From positions 1 to 32,757 of IMG/VR virus record IMGVR_UViG_3300020187_000119: DNA of 32,757 bases. One strand, written 5' to 3'. Of the stretch, positions 26,892-32,757 are shown piece after piece. The stretch is from a virus. Its lineage: Duplodnaviria; Caudoviricetes. The stretch's first letter is position 1. The number at the start of each line of letters is the position of its first letter. The translations under genes were made by a program, and so were the position numbers. A model generated the notes under the pieces. That model did not search any database, was not told where the DNA came from, and worked only from the letters and a program-made list of their open reading frames with translations.

Positions 26892-29800
26892 ATGGGAAGA
26901 TTAATAGGAGAATCATTTAAAGAATTTGTAGACAAACAACTCCAAATTAGACAACAAACTGCGGGTTCTGGGTTTGATACACCTAGAACACCCCAACAGC
27001 TTCAAATACAAAACAACAGGAATGCTTGGTTAAAATTAGCATCATCCGTTAGGGTTCAAACTAAAAATGAAATGTTAGTTGAACTTAAAAAAACAAAACC
27101 AACTTTAACATTAAAAGACATTGAGGAGACTGAAAGAACTACAGGAGAATCTAGATTAAAAGATATAGGATTTTCAAAACCAGCTGACTTTTTAGGTAAT
27201 AAACTAGCTACTAAAGCTGTATTATTTAATACAATATCAACAGTCATTCCCTCTAATAAAACCCAAGAAGGAGAGGGAGATAGTGGGGGGTATAGTCAAA
27301 GAAGTGGAATTTCTACAACAGGTCAAGTATGGAATGAAGCATCGTCATATGGTTTAGGGGGTAAAGATGAAGGTTTTGTTCCTCCTCCTGGTCTTATTAG
27401 TGCTAAGGTAGATTGTTTAAATAGAGGTTCAATAAGAAAAGCAACAGTTGAACTTAAATGTTATAATAAGTTTCAATTTGAACTTATTGAGTTATTATAT
27501 ATTAGGTTAGGATATACCATGATACTTGAATGGGGTTGGGATAAGTTCTTAAATAATAATGATGAAATCCAACAAATGGGTAATACTATAACTGAGGATA
27601 TATGGTTTCAAGATTATAAAACTTATAACTTTAGAAAATTAACTAAGGATGTTGAACGATATCGAGGATTATATAGTGGTAATTATGATGGGTTTATAGG
27701 AAAAGTTAGTAATTTTAATTGGAGTTTTGAACAAGATGGAAGTTATTCTATTACACTAACATTAATGTCAGTAGGGGATGTTATTGAATCCTTAAAAGTA
27801 AACCTTCCTCAACAAGTAAAAACAGAAGAAGATATAGCTGCGATTGTAAATGGGTATAGTACTGGCCTTCAAAATTTTCCTACATCTATGGCCTCCAATG
27901 TGGTAAACAATGCAGGTTCATCTCCACTAGCTTATGATTTATTTACAGACATTATGGACCCCAAAGGGAAACAAAAGTGGTGGGGTTATGGTGAGTATTT
28001 AAATATGTATTGGCTCCTAAAAAAAGATGATGGGGATAAAGCATTATTAGGTGCTATTAGAGGACTAAATGACGGAGAAGGGGTTGATATTGATAAATTT
28101 GGTTACTATTTAACCTTTGGAGAACTATTAAGAAAAATTAACCAATTTTGTATCCCTAATATGTCAGGTACTGGTATGTTAAGTATAGACACAGACGTTA
28201 AGTCTAATATAATGGCAATTTATCCAAATCAAATTTCATTTGATCCAAAAGTAGCCTTAGTAAAACCTTTATTTACAAGTAATATATCAATTAATTCATC
28301 AACAGAGATGTCTTCAAAAAAGACCGGTGTTAAAACCTATTGGTCTTTTATAAAGGCTATGAAAGATTGGGTAGTAGTTGAGGGGCAGGATAATTCAATA
28401 ATGTATGGTCAAATTATGAATGTATATCTTAACTATGATTTTGTAGCAGGGTGTCTTCAAAAAGATACTAATGATAAGGGTGATCTTTTCCTTTTTAAGT
28501 TTATACAAAATATATGTAATGGTGTTAATTCTGCATTAGGTGACATCCCTAACTTAGAACCTGTCTTAGTAAACGATAGTGTTATTACGATACAAGACCA
28601 AAATAAAATAAAGGGGATTGAACAAAGTTCGTTTAAAGAATTTTTTACACAAAAACCTAATTTTGAACTATTTGGTTATGGTCTACCTAAAGAAGGAGAT
28701 ACAACAGGTAAAACCCAATCCAACATAGTCCAAGATTTTAGCTTTAAAACTAAAATTGATTCCTCACTTTCTTCTATGATATCAATAGGGGCTACAGCAA
28801 ATGGTTCTTCGACTAAAAATTATGATGCTACTGCTTTTTCTAATTGGAACTCAGGTTTAAGAGATCAATATCAATTTGATTTAAAAGACCCTAAAACCGA
28901 AGATAAAAGCAAAAATATTGTAGTTAAACCTAGTGATAACATATATAAACCATTAACCCTAGCTCAGATTAATGAAATGAAGGACCATTTTAAAAAGTCA
29001 GAAACTGACACTCATTGGGGTCCATTTAGAAGAAAGAAAAGAAAATCAACAAAGTTTGGTATAACCTTTAAAGTTCATAAAGATGTAGAAAGTTGTCCTA
29101 TTACTGGAAATAATTATTCAAATACCGAATGGCATGAATATGTAGAAGATGTAATTGAGGATATAAAGGATAAAGCCCTTGTACCTGAAGTAAAAGAATT
29201 AGAAAAATTTTCTAATAATTATATTAGATATTTAATTCAAAGTTTCAGAGGTAAAGCTAATGGGACTTTAGATACAAATGGGTATTATTTCCATTTAAAT
29301 CCAGAATTTATTAAACAAGGTAAACAATCATTTAAAGCTTATGTTAATATTATGGATAATGGGTTATATGCTGCAACTGGTACACCATCAACTAAAATAG
29401 GATTTATTCCTACTTCTTTAGGACTAACGTGTGATGGAATATCAGGTATTGGGATATATAATAGTTTAAAAATAAGACAGGGTTTTCTCCCCGCTCAATA
29501 TCCTAAAGCATTAGATTTTGTAATTTCAAAGGTTAACCATCAAATAGGAGATAATACTTGGTCTACTTCTTTAGAAACAATTAGTACACCTAAAACAAAA
29601 GAAGAAAATTTAGATGCATTTACTAGTGGGGTAGTAGAGGATATTGTAAACCAACAATCTGAAGACTTTGTATTATTAGAAGGAGATGCCCCTAGAGTAT
29701 CTTTAACTACAAGTATACCTTTAGATAATACAAGCCTTTCAAATAAATGGAGAGAAAAATGCCAAAACTTAATTTACGTCCCAGAAGCAACAACGAAAAC

Positions 29801-30434
29801 CCAAATAGTATTACACCATACCGCTGGGGTTACAAATGCTGCTGGAGATATAAGAGAATGGAGGAAAAAAACATATCCACTAGCTACACATTACCATATA
29901 GATAGAAATGGTTTTAATGAGCATGTTTTTCCTTTAGAATATTGGTCAAGACATCTAGGATCTACCCCAGGAACTGATAGATTAAATAGAATAAGTATAG
30001 GAATTGAAATAGTTTCATTAGGTAGACTTAAAAAAACGGATAAAGGTTGGGAGGCATGGACTGGTAAAATAATACCTGAAAATGAAATAGCAGACCCATA
30101 TATAGTTGATGATAATAATAATATAGTAAAACTGGCAAAGGGGTATAGGTATGTGAATAAATTTAATGTCCAAGAAAGATTTCAAAAATATACCCCAGAA
30201 CAAATTTCAACAGTTAAATCTTTAATCATAGATTTAAAAACCAAATTTAACATTCCGGTTTATTTAAATAAAACTAACTATAAAGAACTCTTCCCGAAAG
30301 CTAATAGGAAATCAAATATGGCAATGGACGGACAACCTGGTATTTACACTCATTGTTCTTATAGAACAGATAAAAGTGATATTTTACCACAAAAAGAAAT
30401 ATTAGAAATGTTAATGGAAATAGGAAGCTTATAA
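26892..30434 (+). CDS. Large baseplate hub-like protein with C-terminal N-acetylmuramoyl-L-alanine amidase (Amidase_2) domain
   Basis: C-terminus has QIVLHHTAG, THYHIDRNG, N..SIGIEI, YTPEQI and IYTH..RTDKSD. N-terminus has PPPGL..A.V...GSIRKATV and LEWGW, and the gene sits where hub genes lie. Confidence 0.7.
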   Translation: MGRLIGESFKEFVDKQLQIRQQTAGSGFDTPRTPQQLQIQNNRNAWLKLASSVRVQTKNEMLVELKKTKPTLTLKDIEETERTTGESRLKDIGFSKPADFLGNKLATKAVLFNTISTVIPSNKTQEGEGDSGGYSQRSGISTTGQVWNEASSYGLGGKDEGFVPPPGLISAKVDCLNRGSIRKATVELKCYNKFQFELIELLYIRLGYTMILEWGWDKFLNNNDEIQQMGNTITEDIWFQDYKTYNFRKLTKDVERYRGLYSGNYDGFIGKVSNFNWSFEQDGSYSITLTLMSVGDVIESLKVNLPQQVKTEEDIAAIVNGYSTGLQNFPTSMASNVVNNAGSSPLAYDLFTDIMDPKGKQKWWGYGEYLNMYWLLKKDDGDKALLGAIRGLNDGEGVDIDKFGYYLTFGELLRKINQFCIPNMSGTGMLSIDTDVKSNIMAIYPNQISFDPKVALVKPLFTSNISINSSTEMSSKKTGVKTYWSFIKAMKDWVVVEGQDNSIMYGQIMNVYLNYDFVAGCLQKDTNDKGDLFLFKFIQNICNGVNSALGDIPNLEPVLVNDSVITIQDQNKIKGIEQSSFKEFFTQKPNFELFGYGLPKEGDTTGKTQSNIVQDFSFKTKIDSSLSSMISIGATANGSSTKNYDATAFSNWNSGLRDQYQFDLKDPKTEDKSKNIVVKPSDNIYKPLTLAQINEMKDHFKKSETDTHWGPFRRKKRKSTKFGITFKVHKDVESCPITGNNYSNTEWHEYVEDVIEDIKDKALVPEVKELEKFSNNYIRYLIQSFRGKANGTLDTNGYYFHLNPEFIKQGKQSFKAYVNIMDNGLYAATGTPSTKIGFIPTSLGLTCDGISGIGIYNSLKIRQGFLPAQYPKALDFVISKVNHQIGDNTWSTSLETISTPKTKEENLDAFTSGVVEDIVNQQSEDFVLLEGDAPRVSLTTSIPLDNTSLSNKWREKCQNLIYVPEATTKTQIVLHHTAGVTNAAGDIREWRKKTYPLATHYHIDRNGFNEHVFPLEYWSRHLGSTPGTDRLNRISIGIEIVSLGRLKKTDKGWEAWTGKIIPENEIADPYIVDDNNNIVKLAKGYRYVNKFNVQERFQKYTPEQISTVKSLIIDLKTKFNIPVYLNKTNYKELFPKANRKSNMAMDGQPGIYTHCSYRTDKSDILPQKEILEMLMEIGSL

Positions 30435-31300
30435 TGTATTATCCTCTATCACAAATAACGCCCAATTTATACACTGCTACTGGAGACTATCTTTTAGCAG
30501 CAACCGGAGAGGTATATACCGGTGATTACTATTCAACTTCTGATGGTAAATATTTTAGTGGTAAAACACCTCAAGACGGGCCTAACAACCCATTAATCCC
30601 TAATAATGAAAATAATGCAGCCCAAGATGTAGAAGCGGGTAAAACTGGGGCTTATACAACAGAAGAAGTTAATATTTCATATCTTCCTCCAGCTTATATA
30701 GGTGCAGTTGGTTCTCCTATAAGCAATGCTTCTTCTCCTATGTCTAGTATAGTATTTCCAACTAAAGAAGAATACGATACTGGGGAATACCAAAGATACT
30801 TCTTAAAGAAGAACAATGAATTAAAGTATATAGAAATCGATGTTGATACTTATAATAACTATCTAAACGAAAACCCAAATACTCAATACCAATTATATAC
30901 TCCATCCTACTTAAACTGGAATATATCAGGCAATCCTATTGATGTTTATAAAGTTAATAAAAATTTAGCAAAACAAACATCTACAAACCTAAAATGGTAT
31001 GGATTTGAGGAATTCTTTAAATTAAGATTTTGTAAATTTTATAAATCATCATCCCCAAATTATTTTTATACTAACGGGAATGAATTAAAATTGATACCAA
31101 CAGGAGAAAACTATGTTGGTTATTACCATGTTCATTCAAATAGAGGGGTAATGATGGAAGGAAAATTCCATAAGCCTACTCAACATTCTACTCTTATTCC
31201 TTTTATAGGGGGGGAGGAAAAAACAAAAATCAAAGTATCCTTAAACAATGAGGTAGGGACATCAATAAGAAAAAACATCTCGAGAAAAAGTGGATACTAG
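30434..31300 (+). CDS. Hypothetical virion protein with an internal repeat
   Basis: Repeated YT..G....tGE.Y.G.Y motif near both the N- and C-termini. Confidence 0.75.
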   Translation: MYYPLSQITPNLYTATGDYLLAATGEVYTGDYYSTSDGKYFSGKTPQDGPNNPLIPNNENNAAQDVEAGKTGAYTTEEVNISYLPPAYIGAVGSPISNASSPMSSIVFPTKEEYDTGEYQRYFLKKNNELKYIEIDVDTYNNYLNENPNTQYQLYTPSYLNWNISGNPIDVYKVNKNLAKQTSTNLKWYGFEEFFKLRFCKFYKSSSPNYFYTNGNELKLIPTGENYVGYYHVHSNRGVMMEGKFHKPTQHSTLIPFIGGEEKTKIKVSLNNEVGTSIRKNISRKSGY

Positions 31301-31320
31301 ATAAATCTGTCGTATATTGG
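31289..31320 (+). promoter_or_regulatory. Putative early/middle promoter of the polymerase gene
   Basis: GGA (31292-31294), N15, TCGTATATT (31310-31318). Confidence 0.55.
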
Positions 31321-31336
31321 AATAAAATGGTTATAA

Positions 31337-32611
31337 ATGTATTGGTTAGTAGAAGACGAAGAGCAATTAAAGGTTTTAATAAATAGTAGTTATAGGGAGG
31401 CTTTCATTGAGGTAATACCTTTTAATGACACTATACACCCAACACAAAACCGTGTAAGTTTAGTGTATATTAGACCGATTTTAGCAACTAAAGGCTTTAT
31501 GGTATGTGTTACGCATAGTGAAGCTTTAAATGCGTTAAACACGCGTATAAACGACTTGCTAGAAAAGTTTGAAATATTATATTGTAGAGATAAAAAAGAA
31601 TTATTACATTATTACCCAAACTTAAACAAAGCTCTTAGCGACATAAATCGCCCACCTACTACGTATATACGACCTACAACGGCAACACATGATTTATATT
31701 ATCGTAAACACAAAGATAACTTAGAGTTAAACGCAATTATACCGATTGTTAAACATTATGAATTGTGTGAGACCATTTTTAAAGATCTAAAAGCGAATAT
31801 TAACATAGAAAAAACAAAATATGATGAATTCTTTAACAGTAGAGTATCCGTGGTATTCAACGCTATCGAGCGAAGTGGAATACGCATATGTAATGACACC
31901 TTCAGCAAATACTTCCACGCAGTTGACGGTGAATACGTCCACACTCAGTTCAACTTAAAAACAACAACAACAAGACCGTCAAATAAATTTAAAAACGTAA
32001 ATTATGCCGCACTTAACAAAGAAAATGGATGTAGGAAAAGTTTTATTCCTCGCAATAACAAACTTGTGGAAATTGATATTAGTGCTTACCATCCTAGCTT
32101 GGCTGCTCGCCTTGTTGATTATGAGTTTCCCACTAATGATATTCACGCTCATTTTGCTACCTTATATAAAGTGGATTACAAAAAATCGAAAGAACTTACT
32201 TTCAAACAGTTATATGGGGGTGTTTTCTCAAATTATAAACATTTGGAGTTCTTTCAAAAAATAGAGAAATACGTAGGAGAGATATGGCGTAAATTTGAGA
32301 GCGACGGGTTTGTAGAATGTCCGGTATCTGGATTTATATATAGAAAAGAAAATTTGGGTGAAATGAACCCACAAAAACTATTTAATTATGTTTTACAAAA
32401 TTTGGAAACAAGCGTTAACTGTTTGGTTTTGTGGGATATGTTTCGTATATTGAAGGGAAAGAAAACAAAAATAATACTATATACTTATGATTCGTTTCTA
32501 TTTGATGTAGATGATGATGAGGAAGATACTATGTGGTTGATTAGGGAAGTTTTTATAAAATATAAATTAAACATTAAAGAAGAAACGGGTTATGACTACG
32601 ATTTTAAATAA
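31337..32611 (+). CDS. polA: Divergent, compact family A DNA polymerase-like protein
   Basis: IERSGI, TTTTRPSN, motif A VEIDISAYHP, motif B SKELTFKQLYG, NYVLQNLET and motif C LYTYDSFLF. Confidence 0.8.
   Translation: MYWLVEDEEQLKVLINSSYREAFIEVIPFNDTIHPTQNRVSLVYIRPILATKGFMVCVTHSEALNALNTRINDLLEKFEILYCRDKKELLHYYPNLNKALSDINRPPTTYIRPTTATHDLYYRKHKDNLELNAIIPIVKHYELCETIFKDLKANINIEKTKYDEFFNSRVSVVFNAIERSGIRICNDTFSKYFHAVDGEYVHTQFNLKTTTTRPSNKFKNVNYAALNKENGCRKSFIPRNNKLVEIDISAYHPSLAARLVDYEFPTNDIHAHFATLYKVDYKKSKELTFKQLYGGVFSNYKHLEFFQKIEKYVGEIWRKFESDGFVECPVSGFIYRKENLGEMNPQKLFNYVLQNLETSVNCLVLWDMFRILKGKKTKIILYTYDSFLFDVDDDEEDTMWLIREVFIKYKLNIKEETGYDYDFK
32422..32453 (+). promoter_or_regulatory. Putative early/middle promoter inside the polymerase gene
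   Basis: TTTG (32422-32425), 20 nt, TATATTGA (32446-32453). TCGTATATT at 32443-32451. Confidence 0.5.
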
Positions 32612-32757
32612 TTCTCCAAATACGTATAACACGAACTATGATGTTATAACGTCATTCCAAAACATAGGAGATTTGAACAATAAGTTATTTTGTACCTTCA
32701 CAAATTTAGAGAATTTAGATTCTTTATTAGAAGAGATTACAAGCAGATACACCATTA
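32592..32757 (+). CDS. 5' part of a hypothetical protein truncated by the window end (alternative TTG start at 32673)
   Basis: Frame open from ATG 32592 to the window end: MTTILNNSPNTYNTNYDVITSFQNIGDLNNKLFCTFTNLENLDSLLEEITSRYTI. Confidence 0.65.
   Translation, partial: MTTILNNSPNTYNTNYDVITSFQNIGDLNNKLFCTFTNLENLDSLLEEITSRYTI
32620..32629 (+). promoter_or_regulatory. Putative late promoter variant ATACGTATAA
   Basis: Identical to the variant at 11182 and located just after the polymerase stop. Confidence 0.45.

Noticed and set aside
2006-31551. Identical 11-mer ACGCGTATAAA at 2006 and 31541
   Set aside because: Only two copies, one inside coding sequence, which is compatible with chance.
1037-31944. 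All minus-strand ORFs in the track (e.g. 13034-13600, 11691-12008, 21714-22055)
   Set aside because: They are antisense shadows of strong + strand genes, Ser/Phe/Leu-rich as expected from the complement of E/K-rich codons, and show no recognisable motifs.
32004-32264. Hydrophobic 86-aa +1-frame ORF inside the polymerase (holin-like appearance)
   Set aside because: The +1 frame of AT-rich genes commonly yields Leu/Ile/Met-rich peptides. It overlaps polymerase motifs A and B and has no dedicated expression signal.
1-32757. Stop-codon reassignment, introns/inteins, tRNAs, CRISPR arrays, integrase or IS elements
   Set aside because: Core genes are intact and of normal length in the standard code, with TAA, TAG and TGA all used as stops. 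Intergenic gaps are short, and I saw no cloverleaf, repeat-spacer array or recombinase motif.

Overview
This window is a co-oriented (+ strand), AT-rich, gene-dense segment of a lytic T4-like myovirus (Caudoviricetes), translated with the standard code. It carries nearly the whole virion morphogenesis module: large terminase, portal, several acidic putative internal-head proteins, prohead protease, scaffold, major capsid protein, PhoH, neck and tail-completion proteins, sheath, tube, a tail-chaperone pair, tape measure, baseplate proteins and a large hub fused to an Amidase_2 domain. On the left is a small metabolic cluster (FAD oxidoreductase, NadR/AAA_28-like kinase) and a spanin-like overlapping gene pair. 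On the right is a compact, divergent family A DNA polymerase. Promoter shape, the general lack of Shine-Dalgarno sites and a Q-rule signal peptide suggest a Bacteroidota host (inference). Main findings: (1) two promoter classes readable from the sequence, ATATTTATAA before structural genes (10 exact intergenic copies) and GG[A/T]-N15-TCGTATATT before non-structural genes (4 copies); (2) a candidate +1/-2 frameshift on a T7 run joining the two genes upstream of the tape measure; (3) a shared N-terminal capsid-targeting-like leader on unrelated proteins; (4) a short PolA with an altered steric gate; (5) recurring hairpin-GATTAAAAA-terminator elements. All calls come from reading motifs by eye; no database searches were run.
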